64,000 bases of DNA from a virus (taxonomy: Duplodnaviria > Caudoviricetes). Of the stretch, positions 10,252 to 20,999 are shown in pieces. The stretch is taken from IMG/VR virus record IMGVR_UViG_3300010354_000080, positions 1,546 through 65,545 of that record; one strand, written 5' to 3'. The translations under genes and the position numbers were made by a program. Each line of letters begins with the position of its first letter. The first letter of the stretch is position 1. A model generated the notes under the pieces. That model saw only the letters and a program-made list of their open reading frames with translations. It was not told the DNA's origin and did no database searches.

Positions 10252-13200
10252 TGTCAGATTTCTTCAAATTCCTACGGCAGAATCGACCCGATACGGGTCT
10301 GGTTGATAGATTTGACCTGAGCGAAATCTACGATTCCGACGAGCGTTTAGCTCTAAATAACCTCCTTCTCAATCCAGATGGCCTCGATCAGATCTATGGT
10401 CTGGCCAGAGGTGGTCTGACAAAAGAGGATATCAGAACCATGGGAGGTTTGGATAAGCCTGTTATCCACTCCCTTGGTATCTCGGCTTGGACGTTGAGTG
10501 ACATCTCGTTCTCTCTGAGCCAGCAGATCACCACCGATAAAGCGGTAGGTCAACCTGGAAAACACTCCTTCTCCACTGCGGAGTTCTCTGATAACATCAT
10601 AGTTATGCAGGGCGGCCTTGCCGCTAAGAAAATCGAGTACAACTTCCTGGACGAGAATGGAGAAGTAAGAACTACTACTGTCCCTACCTCCAGGGAAAGT
10701 CTTTTTAACTCCTCGAAGAATATAGCTGGTGAGTACACGTCAGCGTCATATCCTAGCCTTTTTAGAATTCGTCGTCGTTCCCATCTCTACGAACTTAGAC
10801 TCGCCTCCAAACTCCTTATAGAGAAGGGATCTATTGTTGAGTCGCCGACCGACACTCTTAAGATCCCCACGTACATGCGTACCTCTAGCAACACGACTCC
10901 GAGTGTTGTTAATCTGCAGTGTTACGCCACTAAGAATTCGCCTCTGATCCTTCCTGTCAAGATTTTTGGTTCCGCTTCGATCTCGTTTTCAAGAAAAAAT
11001 GCCACTTCTAGCTCCCCGGCTTTTGTGTACGGGTGGGAGCTGAAGAGACAGTCGGATCTGCAAACTGCCAGAACAGCAACCGTATCATCATCGGGAGCTG
11101 TTAACACGGTCAATATAACCGTCAATACATCTGGGACTATATGCAATGGTGTAGATAGTCTTTTATACATCTATCTAGACCCCACTGTCATAACTTCCGC
11201 CACGTTGGCGGGGCTCGGTATGACAGAGCAGGCTGGTAGAGATATCGGACTTGTAGGTTTCGATCTGCTAGAGGATCTGGATATCTCTAGAAATAATCTT
11301 TCTACTCTGCCGGTGTGGCTAAAGACTCTCCACGGGACTCTGAAACGACTCAATATAAGAGGAAATTCGTTCTGGAACAACGGCATCGTTTCATTCTTCG
11401 ACTGGCAGGAGCCTCCCACCGGAATCACTGGAGCGAGTAATGCCGGCGGAAGACCTAACATCACGTTAGCGCAGGTGCTAGGGTACAGCGGTTGGACCGA
11501 TTTAGATTCTATAACAGCCTACGACGGAACATACGCAACCGCTCAGGACTCAGAGGGTCGGCTCTATAGAAACCAGAGAAATATCTCTATCAACGGAGGC
11601 ACTCCGCCTACAGTCGACATCGCCAACGGATTTAGACCATTCACTGTTCTAGAGGAGCTTAACCTAGGACCAAGCGTCAGGGTAGCTAACCCCGATTTCT
11701 CTACGCTATTCCCCAACCTGAGGACTCTAAGCATAGATACTGGGGGTAATTCCCCCAGAGTGTACTTCGGGCTTATTCCCAAGCTGAGAAATAATAACGC
11801 TTTAATGTCACTAAATCTCACGGACCATTTTGGTGATGTGGGCGGATCTGTTCGATACTTAGGAAACACTACAACTTGGAATTCCGCTGACTCTTCTTCT
11901 GTAAAACAGCAGTTTATTGGTCAGTTCAAGTTCTCTTCCTTTAACATTAACAATGGCGGAGGCGATATATCGGGGTGGTTTGGTGGAATCTGCACTACAA
12001 ACGCCGAGCTAGGCACGAGCATCCCCTCCACCACCGTAGATGGGCTTTCTAAGTACAGTTTTGTGGCTACTGGATCAGCATCCGAAGCCTGGAGCGGCTG
12101 GTTGGCTGAGACTCAGTACCTTGGAATTTACTACCGAGACATTGCCCTAAGAATCGCTTCGGGCAACAATCTCACCTGGACAAAATTAAACAACGTAAAT
12201 TGTAACTACTGCGGCGTTTGGGAAACATCCAACAAAGTACAGTATAACGCTAGTGTTGGAACAGGGACAGAGCAAGCAACCGATGTACTTCAGGCTCCGC
12301 AGCTTGCAAATATAGACGCCTGGTACTCTGGATGGTACGGAAAACTCTTTTCAATCGCAGGAGCTCCTGATCTTACTACATTTAACTTCGGTGCAAACAA
12401 CTGGAGCGGGTACACCACTACAGACGGGAGACAGTACCTTCTGCCAACTAATTTTGCCAACGAGGCTACGGCTTCTTCGTACCACAATCTGAGGAATCTG
12501 TACTTACACAACCTATTCAATTCGTCATCCAGAGATCTGGAATTTAGGCAGGATGATCTAAGAAACCTCCCTAGAATCTCCACGTTCTACATCGGAGACT
12601 CGTATATCACTGGCAAATTCCCCACCGTGTACACGGCTACAAATACTTCTGGGGTTAACTTTAGTACCTGGTTCCACAGTTGCAGATTCAGGGATTTATC
12701 GGCACTGGGCTCATCTCAAACCGGAAGGGTGCAGTCGATTTATGGTCCGTCTAATGGTACTGGGGTCGGAGGGTCGCTGCTTCCTAACTTCTCTACATCC
12801 GCTAATAACACCGTACTAGAGTACGTCAATCTAGACGGTACTCTCCCATCAAGGTACTCGGGCAATTGGTCCGTTGTGGCCAACAGAGGAAAGCTGATAG
12901 ACCCGCTCATCAGTGGCTCTGTGGAGGAAACCACCCCTTCGGTTACCTGGACGTCGAGAAACAACAACAATACCGCGAACGAAACGTCAGAAAAACTGTA
13001 TCAAAGTAACGCCGGTGGCTTCCAGATCGATTCTCAGGTGATGGTTGGAGATATAGTTTTTAACGGAATCACAGAGATAGGCAGGGTAACTCAGATCGAC
13101 CGAGGTAATCAGTTTATTTACATCAGCACTCCCGCGTCGTTAAGCTCCGCCACTCTGAAGTTCAGAAGGGCGGGTCAGGATATCAGCTCTTTCTTCAATA

Positions 13201-13700
13201 ACCACACCAGCCTCGATCAGGTGTATCTTCAGAGCGTAAAAGCTACAGGTGCGGTTCCTCAGTTTACTAATTGCAGAAACCTTCGGTTTGTGTACCTAAA
13301 CAACAATCTTCTCACGACGTATCAAACCGGTACGCTTAAAAACATCACTGGGATGAGTACGGGCTCTTCTACCACTCCGCGGTTAAGAAGATTCTATCTT
13401 GAGAGTAATGCTCTTACCAAGCAATCCATCAAGAACATCATTAATGATGTCCATGATATAGCAGTGTACTTTAGATCGAGAAGGATAGATCCTAACTTTA
13501 TCATAGGGCTGTACTCTACCAAGTACGACCCTGCGAACAAAGAGTATCAGAACTGGACGAGAGCGGAGATCTTCGACCAGTCATCCACCACAACAAACGC
13601 TGCCGGGGAGACTATAACTATTCCCGACCCACTGGAAACAAAATTCGATCAGCTCGGTACAGGAAATACCTACCGCGGAATCGTGATCCAACTCTTTTAA
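10251..13700 (+). CDS. leucine-rich-repeat-containing structural/tail protein
   Basis: LRR units LEDLDISRNNLSTLP, LKRLNIRGNSF, LRFVYLNNNLLT, LRRFYLESNALT; overlaps the upstream stop codon. Confidence 0.7.
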   Translation: MSDFFKFLRQNRPDTGLVDRFDLSEIYDSDERLALNNLLLNPDGLDQIYGLARGGLTKEDIRTMGGLDKPVIHSLGISAWTLSDISFSLSQQITTDKAVGQPGKHSFSTAEFSDNIIVMQGGLAAKKIEYNFLDENGEVRTTTVPTSRESLFNSSKNIAGEYTSASYPSLFRIRRRSHLYELRLASKLLIEKGSIVESPTDTLKIPTYMRTSSNTTPSVVNLQCYATKNSPLILPVKIFGSASISFSRKNATSSSPAFVYGWELKRQSDLQTARTATVSSSGAVNTVNITVNTSGTICNGVDSLLYIYLDPTVITSATLAGLGMTEQAGRDIGLVGFDLLEDLDISRNNLSTLPVWLKTLHGTLKRLNIRGNSFWNNGIVSFFDWQEPPTGITGASNAGGRPNITLAQVLGYSGWTDLDSITAYDGTYATAQDSEGRLYRNQRNISINGGTPPTVDIANGFRPFTVLEELNLGPSVRVANPDFSTLFPNLRTLSIDTGGNSPRVYFGLIPKLRNNNALMSLNLTDHFGDVGGSVRYLGNTTTWNSADSSSVKQQFIGQFKFSSFNINNGGGDISGWFGGICTTNAELGTSIPSTTVDGLSKYSFVATGSASEAWSGWLAETQYLGIYYRDIALRIASGNNLTWTKLNNVNCNYCGVWETSNKVQYNASVGTGTEQATDVLQAPQLANIDAWYSGWYGKLFSIAGAPDLTTFNFGANNWSGYTTTDGRQYLLPTNFANEATASSYHNLRNLYLHNLFNSSSRDLEFRQDDLRNLPRISTFYIGDSYITGKFPTVYTATNTSGVNFSTWFHSCRFRDLSALGSSQTGRVQSIYGPSNGTGVGGSLLPNFSTSANNTVLEYVNLDGTLPSRYSGNWSVVANRGKLIDPLISGSVEETTPSVTWTSRNNNNTANETSEKLYQSNAGGFQIDSQVMVGDIVFNGITEIGRVTQIDRGNQFIYISTPASLSSATLKFRRAGQDISSFFNNHTSLDQVYLQSVKATGAVPQFTNCRNLRFVYLNNNLLTTYQTGTLKNITGMSTGSSTTPRLRRFYLESNALTKQSIKNIINDVHDIAVYFRSRRIDPNFIIGLYSTKYDPANKEYQNWTRAEIFDQSSTTTNAAGETITIPDPLETKFDQLGTGNTYRGIVIQLF

Positions 13701-13722
13701 TACACCAGGAGCATTCTGAAAC

Positions 13723-16092
13723 ATGGCAATCGGTTTAACTAGATCCAAAAATCTATCTGAATCTAACCTCAATCTTAAAACGGCCTTACAGAAGCTGTAT
13801 GCTCCTGGAATTGAAGATGATATCGAGCTATACTCGCTATCCTCCTCTGTCGAGTCGATATGCTTTTCCGGCCTGGCAAATAACCAAGACTCTCAGATCT
13901 TCCGTCTCACCACAGAAAGACTAAGTACTCTCACTGGGGACTTCGTAAACAGAACCAAATTCAGCACCAGGTATTTTACGTTTACCGACGAAAATAAGGT
14001 GTACTTTACAAAGTACACTGCGGGCATCGGTAACAGCACCCTCGCTAGAGCCCCACGTTATTCCGATAACGGATCGGTACCCTCTATCAGGCTAGTCTCC
14101 GGTGGAGGTGGTTTCTACTTTCTTGACTCTCAGGATTCCGTGGCAGCACTGGAGAATTTCTCCACTACCTGGTCCGCTACGGCCACCTCCACTCTCACAA
14201 TCACTCTAAATAACCACGGGTTTCAAGAGGGACAGGGACTAAATATCAGATTCGATAATACTGGAGGAGGTACTAACGCTACATTCGGCGAGTACGCCAT
14301 TACTAGCGTTGAAACCAATAGTTTCACCGTTACCAATATCGGAGGTGTCATATCAGGGTCTGGAAACGCCATCGTATCTAGCTCTGATGTCAGACTCTCC
14401 AATGTCCAGTTACGTGGTAAAACCAGTGGAAGAACAACCCTTAGGGCTAACGTTACCTTCGGTAAGCAAGGCTTTGATTACCTTGCTGGAGTTGCAGCTA
14501 CTTACTCTAACACGAACTTTGGAACAGAGTTAGGAAGCACGGCTTCTACAGCTATTACTCTCACGAACCACGGACTTTCCACCGGTCAAAGTGTTTACAT
14601 CCGCGTTACATCAGGCACGTTACAGAGCGGGTTTGTGAGCTCGGTAACAAAAACATCCGATAGTACATTCAATGTAGTTCTCCCGGCAACATCCGCCAAC
14701 ACAAACCAAACTTGTGAAGTATGCTATGTTGATGAACTCACGAGATTTACTCCTAATAACGGCTCAAGGTACTTTGTCAAGTCGATAACCATCACTGACC
14801 CCGGCAGCGGGTACGTTATCCCAGAGGAGCTCGAGATCGTAGAAAGCACCGTTAACGAGAGCAACTCGGGGCAAGTTATAAAGCTAAGGAAGCAAAGAGG
14901 CCCTCTGTTTGAGGGTATGCCTGAGATTATCAGGACCGAGGTTTTTACGTACACAGTCAAAAATGCCACAGAGGAGGGTTTCTTCCTTTACGACGAGGAG
15001 AGAAGAGAATACTTGTTCCTGGACAAAAACACTCCTGGAACCGGGCTGACATCCTCCCAGGAGATAGAGCTGAGAAGATTTGACGGAGTTAATGTAAATA
15101 ATATTCTTCAGTTCAAATTCGCCCAGTCGCCGATCTACCTCAGAAGTTACACAGGTGATATATTTTCGATGGGTAGCTCCATCTCTGGGGCGATCAATAG
15201 TATCAGTAACTTGGCCTCCAATCTAAAGTCCAGATCGAGGCTCTCCATACAAAACACGAAGAGACCGACCCCAGCAACATCAGAGGAGAACATACTCGGC
15301 TACACCTATAACTCTTTTGCGGGTCGCGACGTTGTTATCTGGCAGAGGGTCGTTCTACGTGACCAGGACTACGTGATAGATCCGTTGGATACCACTCTGG
15401 GATCTGGATCTATAACCGGGGACAGACTTCGTACCGCGGTCTCCGAATTTGTTATGGGACCAATTGTGTCCTGGTCATCCACCACCTCTGGAGTGGTAAC
15501 CATTCCGCTTAATGGACATTCCGTACAGACCGGAGATACTGTAAGAGTATCCAACATCTCTGTGACAACTGGTTCTGGATTCTCGGAGGGGGCCTACACA
15601 GCTACGTACATTAACGCGTCGTCCTTCTCCATAACGGTTAGCTCGACTACTGCCAGTACCGGAACGCTCAACCTGATCATCCCGGATCCTAACTTCCAGA
15701 TCAGAGTACCAGGGCTCTTCATTAAAGTCGGTAATGTCTACCGCAGAGCGTTCTCCACCACCGATAAGCCTTTCTTCCAGCAGATAACGGACTCCGCCGG
15801 AGCCGGGGCTTTTGCCAATCCGACAATCAGTGGAAGTGGGGCAAGTTTTACGGGGCAAAGTTACGGTGCTCTTAGCGCAGAGGGTACGATGACCACTACA
15901 AATCCGGCCGCCACAAACTGGTACTCGTATAACACCACGATTTCAGAATTGGCGCAGCGTATTCACACCAATGGCAGGGACGGAGCTTTCTACTTCCACA
16001 GACCAACTGCACCTTCAGTAGCAAACGTATCTGTTATAAGAAATGGCGCAGCTGCTACAATCTACGCCGTTCCTCTATTTACTTTAGTTTAA
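13723..16092 (+). CDS. virion structural/tail protein with repeated beta-sandwich modules
   Basis: Three related modules (TITLNNHGFQEGQ, ITLTNHGLSTGQ, TIPLNGHSVQTGD); ITDPGSGY motif; Ser/Thr-rich. Confidence 0.65.
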   Translation: MAIGLTRSKNLSESNLNLKTALQKLYAPGIEDDIELYSLSSSVESICFSGLANNQDSQIFRLTTERLSTLTGDFVNRTKFSTRYFTFTDENKVYFTKYTAGIGNSTLARAPRYSDNGSVPSIRLVSGGGGFYFLDSQDSVAALENFSTTWSATATSTLTITLNNHGFQEGQGLNIRFDNTGGGTNATFGEYAITSVETNSFTVTNIGGVISGSGNAIVSSSDVRLSNVQLRGKTSGRTTLRANVTFGKQGFDYLAGVAATYSNTNFGTELGSTASTAITLTNHGLSTGQSVYIRVTSGTLQSGFVSSVTKTSDSTFNVVLPATSANTNQTCEVCYVDELTRFTPNNGSRYFVKSITITDPGSGYVIPEELEIVESTVNESNSGQVIKLRKQRGPLFEGMPEIIRTEVFTYTVKNATEEGFFLYDEERREYLFLDKNTPGTGLTSSQEIELRRFDGVNVNNILQFKFAQSPIYLRSYTGDIFSMGSSISGAINSISNLASNLKSRSRLSIQNTKRPTPATSEENILGYTYNSFAGRDVVIWQRVVLRDQDYVIDPLDTTLGSGSITGDRLRTAVSEFVMGPIVSWSSTTSGVVTIPLNGHSVQTGDTVRVSNISVTTGSGFSEGAYTATYINASSFSITVSSTTASTGTLNLIIPDPNFQIRVPGLFIKVGNVYRRAFSTTDKPFFQQITDSAGAGAFANPTISGSGASFTGQSYGALSAEGTMTTTNPAATNWYSYNTTISELAQRIHTNGRDGAFYFHRPTAPSVANVSVIRNGAAATIYAVPLFTLV

Positions 16093-19000
16093 GTCCAGGA
16101 GGGGTTGTTGGCTGAGAGAACACTCAACTGACTTCCCCCGGTCTGCTTGCGGATGAAGAGGTAGTACTTGTCCTTTACAGGCTTATTGTTCGAGTGCAGT
16201 CGAACATCGTTGTAGATTTTGGAATTAATAGCAGTTGATGAGTTGGTTGGTAGACCTATGTTCAGTTCTACCTCCAGCTTATGTGTATATTCCGAGCCGG
16301 TAAACACCGGCTTTTGCGCTGTTGTTAGCGATGATAGCAGGTTAGTACGCTCCGAAGCTGCAAAATCAAACATCAGCTTATCGGTAACATAGAGGGACTT
16401 CTGTCCCATGTCACTAACATCGCTGATCCTTCCACCCCACCATACATCGAACTGCCCCTCGGTGGAGGCGTAGAGGGAGTCGTCCGTTTTAGCCAGGCCT
16501 TGCAGTTCGATGTTCTGAATAGAGTAGGGAGGATAGCATAGGCCTCCTAAGCCGGGATCAGATGCCCCGGTCGAATTATCGTAGCCAAATGGAACCACGA
16601 TATCCGCCGGAGGAGCCGGGAGCTCAGTATCCGAGGTAAAGGGCTGGGCCTCCGTGGGCGAGGATCCGGCTTTAACGTACAGAGTCTCTCCAAAGCTTAA
16701 TCCGGCTCCGTTGTCCGCCCTGAGGAACTGGTACGCAGAGCTGAATACGAAGCGGATTTGGATGAGTCTGCTGTTAACGTTTCCGCCACTTGGAGCTGGA
16801 ATGATGGCCAATCTTGCAACCTTAGCTCCTGAGGAGTCAACAATGTTAGAAGGAAGGATACCACCAAGCTGGAAGTGATTGTAGTACACCTGGCAGTTTG
16901 TGTACTGCCCGGCGGCAATAGATGGGGAGAAGGTAACAGTGCCTGTAGAGGCGTTGTACGATGTAACTCTCCTTACAGTCGCGTCTCCCTGGAAGATGAT
17001 TTCGGATCCGATGTACTGGTTATTATTTGAGTTTGTGGAGTCGGGAGTGAAAATACCACCGGACGAGGTTATCGTGGTCCCTCCGGCATTAACCGTTAGG
17101 GTGGCGCTGGAGAAAGAGGGACGCTGGGCGCCGATGAGCCCGTAGAAGTCGTAATTCGCCCCACCTTTGTCAAACTCGGCCCAGAACATCGACTTGGACG
17201 AGTGGTTTCTGCTCGTGGCTCCTAGTGTTAACTGCGCGATTATGCCTGTGTTATCGTAGGTGAAGGTCGTACCGTTCCATGTGCCAACGCTCAATCTGCC
17301 AACCCCATCAACCTCCTCGTAAAGAACTCGCGAAGTGGAGGCATAATTAGCATCCGAAGGGAGCCTATTTACCTGCACCGTAGAGATATTCTGCCTTGTG
17401 GATCTAGAGAAGGTGGTTGTATTATCCAGCATATGGAGGGCTTTTCCATATGTTGTTGTGGAGGTTGTGGAAACGACTCCTAGGTCATTGGACGGGTACG
17501 CGTTAATAATAACATTTCCGCCAAATCCCGCAGCGTTTTCCACCACCTCGATAAAAGTATAATTCTCGCCTTTCTTTCTTATCTCATCCGGGGCTAAGTT
17601 TCTACCAAAATACGGAGCTATAGTGCCGATCTCCGCCACGGTGCCCTTCTTCTGCCTTCCGATCATCAAGAGCTTCGAGTGATTATAGTCGTAGTCTCTT
17701 TCAGTGCTAGACGTGGTGATCGAGTTTAGGAGCGTTCCATCGTACCGGGTTGGCGTGTAAGTGTTTAGAGCGGGAAGGCTTCCATAGATAGCCTTATAGA
17801 GATCGAGATTCTCTTCGAATGGTACCCGAGCAGGATTAGGCTCAGCGTAATTAACCCCGACATTTTCAAGGAGATCAGTTACGCGCTTGTAAGCCCCGTA
17901 GGGGTTAGGATTGAAGAGGTACTTTTGCCATAAAGATCTCTCCTCGCGAGAGGAGGGTCCTGGAATCACGTTAAACGGACGATTTCTCGCGATCACCCAT
18001 ATAGTCTGACCATTGGAGGGGCTGATTCCAGATATAGAGAAAGTTGCGTAGGTTACGCCAGACACAGGGTCTCCCTTTCTGGCGATTATGGTGGTAGAGG
18101 GCAGCGTAAATCCGGTAATAGCGGAGGGTTTGGAGGCATTGACCGGAGTGTATCCTACGATCTCAAAAACCGAATTATAATCGTCGAAGTTCGCCTCGCC
18201 GGCAGCGCTTCCGCCAGCGGAAGTATCGACAGCCCAAGCGCTTTGCGCAGAGTTCCAAGTCAGCCTAAGCTGAGAGGAGTAATCGTTCCACTTGGACAGA
18301 TCCGCTGTCGGCAGGTTTGTGTCCAGCATCTGAATGAAGAAGCTCGCAGTGCCCAGGGGCTGCCTTGTTGCGTTATTTGTCTGAGTCGGATCTGTGGAAG
18401 GCTGACCGTACCAGAATCTGATAACTACGGGAACGTAGTCATCTGTGAAGTTTTTAATAGTATTTCCTTCTCTATCCGAGTAGGCATCGCTTAGATCCCA
18501 TGCCCCACCATTTACCAGAGATCTCTGCGAAGGCACGGTCCCGTCACCCGCCCCGATGGCCATCGTTGGACCGCCCTGAACGTAGTACAATCTGCCGCCT
18601 AAAGCGTTCGGAACGGCGTTTTCCTTTGAAAGCTGAGTGTAGTAAGTGCTCGGATCAGCCGTGTTAAGGGCGGTTCTCCAAGTGCCTTCAATAGCTCCAG
18701 TGGTAGAGTTGTAACCGCTCTTCTCGAAATAGTCGACGCGTAAGTGCCCGTTAACCTGGGCAGCCCATCTCATCATCGTTGAGCTGGAGCTGACATCACC
18801 CCGTCTCACCCAGGTATCGAATCTGAGACCCCAGTTATAGCGGGTATTGATCCCACGCGGCAGGATCTGATCGAACTTCATATTCCCATCACGTACAATG
18901 GGGAACTTGGGATTGGTAAGGGCGGACTGAGTAGGATTACCGTACTCATCCACATCGTTCATATAATGGTCGTACTCCCCACTCCACCAGTATTCGCTCT

Positions 19001-19625
19001 CCGACTCTGGAGTAAAAGCTCCGTTCTGAATATATCCTATCCGGTGCGTATTAGCGATCTGGGCGGACGTAGTGGGAAGAAAGTCCGCTGAGTTCTCCAT
19101 GGTGGAGGTGATGGCCTCAGTGAAGAATGGAGGTGGGTTCGTGTGCGAGTATTTATTTGTGGAGCCCGTAGGTTGGGTTTCCGGTACGTAGTACTTGTAA
19201 AGTACAGTCCCCTGCCCCTGGTATACTGTTCCTCTACCAGCAAAACGTTCTGATTGAGCAATGCGATCGGAGATCCGCTGGCGAGGATTAACAAGCGCAG
19301 CGGAAGCTCCGGTACTATCTTCGGCATTGATCGAAGCGCCTTGAAGGATCTCAAAATCCTCCTTCTTGAGGTCAAATCTAACAACCCCATCAAGAACTTG
19401 GAGGTCGGTCGGTCTAAATGAACCTGAGGTTGAAGCCTCCGCAGGATCCTGGATGTCCTTAAGCACCTCGGCAAGAGCCTTATTGTTAGACTCTAAGTCA
19501 CCCAGGGCCTCATCTCGAACTAAGCCGAAGTACTTTACCTCGGTCTCAGCACTGTCTCTTTGCGCGAAGGGTTGGGGCTGGGTTCTGGAAGTTCTTAGTC
19601 TCCCACCGCTTTTTGACTTAGGCAT
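16089..19625 (-). CDS. large virion structural protein
   Basis: 1178 aa Ser/Thr/Gly-rich ORF convergent with the fibre operon; VPVVIRFWYGQ (PA14-like) and PPADIVVPFGYD motifs; late promoter motif upstream. Confidence 0.65.
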   Translation of the reverse strand: MPKSKSGGRLRTSRTQPQPFAQRDSAETEVKYFGLVRDEALGDLESNNKALAEVLKDIQDPAEASTSGSFRPTDLQVLDGVVRFDLKKEDFEILQGASINAEDSTGASAALVNPRQRISDRIAQSERFAGRGTVYQGQGTVLYKYYVPETQPTGSTNKYSHTNPPPFFTEAITSTMENSADFLPTTSAQIANTHRIGYIQNGAFTPESESEYWWSGEYDHYMNDVDEYGNPTQSALTNPKFPIVRDGNMKFDQILPRGINTRYNWGLRFDTWVRRGDVSSSSTMMRWAAQVNGHLRVDYFEKSGYNSTTGAIEGTWRTALNTADPSTYYTQLSKENAVPNALGGRLYYVQGGPTMAIGAGDGTVPSQRSLVNGGAWDLSDAYSDREGNTIKNFTDDYVPVVIRFWYGQPSTDPTQTNNATRQPLGTASFFIQMLDTNLPTADLSKWNDYSSQLRLTWNSAQSAWAVDTSAGGSAAGEANFDDYNSVFEIVGYTPVNASKPSAITGFTLPSTTIIARKGDPVSGVTYATFSISGISPSNGQTIWVIARNRPFNVIPGPSSREERSLWQKYLFNPNPYGAYKRVTDLLENVGVNYAEPNPARVPFEENLDLYKAIYGSLPALNTYTPTRYDGTLLNSITTSSTERDYDYNHSKLLMIGRQKKGTVAEIGTIAPYFGRNLAPDEIRKKGENYTFIEVVENAAGFGGNVIINAYPSNDLGVVSTTSTTTYGKALHMLDNTTTFSRSTRQNISTVQVNRLPSDANYASTSRVLYEEVDGVGRLSVGTWNGTTFTYDNTGIIAQLTLGATSRNHSSKSMFWAEFDKGGANYDFYGLIGAQRPSFSSATLTVNAGGTTITSSGGIFTPDSTNSNNNQYIGSEIIFQGDATVRRVTSYNASTGTVTFSPSIAAGQYTNCQVYYNHFQLGGILPSNIVDSSGAKVARLAIIPAPSGGNVNSRLIQIRFVFSSAYQFLRADNGAGLSFGETLYVKAGSSPTEAQPFTSDTELPAPPADIVVPFGYDNSTGASDPGLGGLCYPPYSIQNIELQGLAKTDDSLYASTEGQFDVWWGGRISDVSDMGQKSLYVTDKLMFDFAASERTNLLSSLTTAQKPVFTGSEYTHKLEVELNIGLPTNSSTAINSKIYNDVRLHSNNKPVKDKYYLFIRKQTGGSQLSVLSANNPSWT

Positions 19626-19651
19626 CTTCTCAAGGCACTACGTATAGTATA

Positions 19652-19659
19652 CTTTAAAC
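19652..19659 (-). promoter_or_regulatory. putative late promoter GTTTAAAG
   Basis: CTTTAAAC on the + strand, 26 nt upstream of the start at 19625. Confidence 0.65.
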
Positions 19660-19667
19660 CTCCAAGA

Positions 19668-20411
19668 TCACTTAGAGGTGTAAAGATCCGCGTAGGCCCT
19701 GATCACAGACTGAACAAACTCGGAGCGGGTGATATCATCAAAGCCAAACTCCACATGACCAACATCTTTCAGAGGCCGGAGGCGGGCAAGAGCGTCCGAA
19801 AGCCCATCTCCGCCAAAACGATTGGCCAGGTCCCGCTGAACTACGTCCCCGAGCACCGCCACGCTGGATCCCTCGCCAAGCCTTGTCAGGATCGTCATCA
19901 CGCTGTGAGTAGTAGCGTTCTGCATCTCGTCGGCGATAATCATGCACCTGTGCAGTGAACGCCCCCTGAGGTGCTCGATGGGAAGAAACTCGATATGCTT
20001 CTTTGAGAGAAGGTACTCTGCTTTTCCTTTGGCCATAAATACCTCCAGAGCGTCGCGGACCGGGCTGATATGCGGGGCGATCTTCTCGTCGAGGTTGCCA
20101 GGCAGAAAGCCGAGACCCTGCTCGCCTGGAACGTTGACAACAGGCTTTACGTAGTAGATCTTGTCGATCTCACGCTTGGAAAGCTTCTCACAAGCGATGT
20201 AAGTTGCCAGGAGAGTCTTGGCGGTGCCAGGAGGACCAGAGAGCAGGGTAAGTGTCTTCGTTCTCAGATAATTCATGGCATCGACCTGGTTAGGATTGCG
20301 GGGCATCAGGGTCTTGCTCTCCTGGAATTTAGGCTGCGATCCCGTATTTTCCATGGAGAGAAGGTGGTTCTCCTCGAGCTGGCGCTGTTTCCGTGTTGAT
20401 TTTCTAGCCAT
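19668..20411 (-). CDS. phoH: PhoH-family ATPase
   Basis: GPPGTAKT Walker A, LGFLPGNLDEK, LRGRS, DEMQN, ILTRLGEGS, GDVVQRD. Confidence 0.95.
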   Translation of the reverse strand: MARKSTRKQRQLEENHLLSMENTGSQPKFQESKTLMPRNPNQVDAMNYLRTKTLTLLSGPPGTAKTLLATYIACEKLSKREIDKIYYVKPVVNVPGEQGLGFLPGNLDEKIAPHISPVRDALEVFMAKGKAEYLLSKKHIEFLPIEHLRGRSLHRCMIIADEMQNATTHSVMTILTRLGEGSSVAVLGDVVQRDLANRFGGDGLSDALARLRPLKDVGHVEFGFDDITRSEFVQSVIRAYADLYTSK

Positions 20412-20441
20412 GATAGAATTTGCGTCTAGGAAGTTGATACG

Positions 20442-20477
20442 AAAAAAGACCCAAGAGCACGAGAGCTCCGGGGTCTT
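20442..20477 (-). terminator. intrinsic terminator in the phoH upstream region
   Basis: Minus strand AAGACCC-cgGAGC-tctcgt-GCTCtt-GGGTCTT followed by TTTT. Confidence 0.7.
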
Positions 20478-20538
20478 CAGGTCATGTAACGCCGATCAGT
20501 AGTCTGGACATGCGCTAATGTTTTCGCATCCTGACATA

Positions 20539-20546
20539 CTTTAAAC
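20539..20546 (-). promoter_or_regulatory. putative late promoter GTTTAAAG overlapping the stop of the 20541-20882 gene
   Basis: Exact motif, oriented toward phoH. Confidence 0.5.
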
Positions 20547-20882
20547 CACTCTTACCTTAAGTACGCTTCCGGTACGGTACATTCCTCCCACTGCCACAGG
20601 TGGAGTTGCTGCCGCGGCTGCGGTGTCATCGGCGAACTCCCTAAGCCCCGTAAAACTGATCCGTGAGAAGGGCACGGCTGCTCTGTCCCCGAACCTCCTA
20701 GCCACTCCCGTGGAGTCGACGTAGTACATCTCGTCGAGAGCCTCGTTGAGGAAGAGCTCGCCCCTGTAGGCGTTAGTGGCATCCTCATTGTGCTGGGTCT
20801 GAAGGTACGCCAGATTGTGAGTCGTATCGTTCGTGAATCTTACTCCCCAGCGATGATAGGGAGGTTGGGGGGTGGCGGGCAT
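20541..20882 (-). CDS. small tail-fibre-like virion protein
   Basis: GELFLNEALDEMYY and FADDTAAAAA..VAVGGMYRTGSVLKVR motifs, typical of short fibre proteins. Confidence 0.6.
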   Translation of the reverse strand: MPATPQPPYHRWGVRFTNDTTHNLAYLQTQHNEDATNAYRGELFLNEALDEMYYVDSTGVARRFGDRAAVPFSRISFTGLREFADDTAAAAATPPVAVGGMYRTGSVLKVRVV

Positions 20883-20914
20883 GTTCCTGCTCTGTGCGAA
20901 TATCTGTATATGTA

Positions 20915-20922
20915 CTTTAAAC
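20915..20922 (-). promoter_or_regulatory. putative late promoter GTTTAAAG
   Basis: Exact motif 32 nt upstream of the start at 20882. Confidence 0.65.
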
Positions 20923-20999
20923 TCTAGTACGTTAGTGAAAAGTAATAGTTAAAAAGTTACGGTGCATGGGCGCGGGCGCTAGCGCTCGTGAGCGCAGCC

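Noticed and set aside
20496-20537. 13-aa leader peptide MSGCENISACPDY upstream of phoH
   Set aside because: Its ATG lies 1 nt after the promoter motif, probably upstream of the transcription start, and it has no SD
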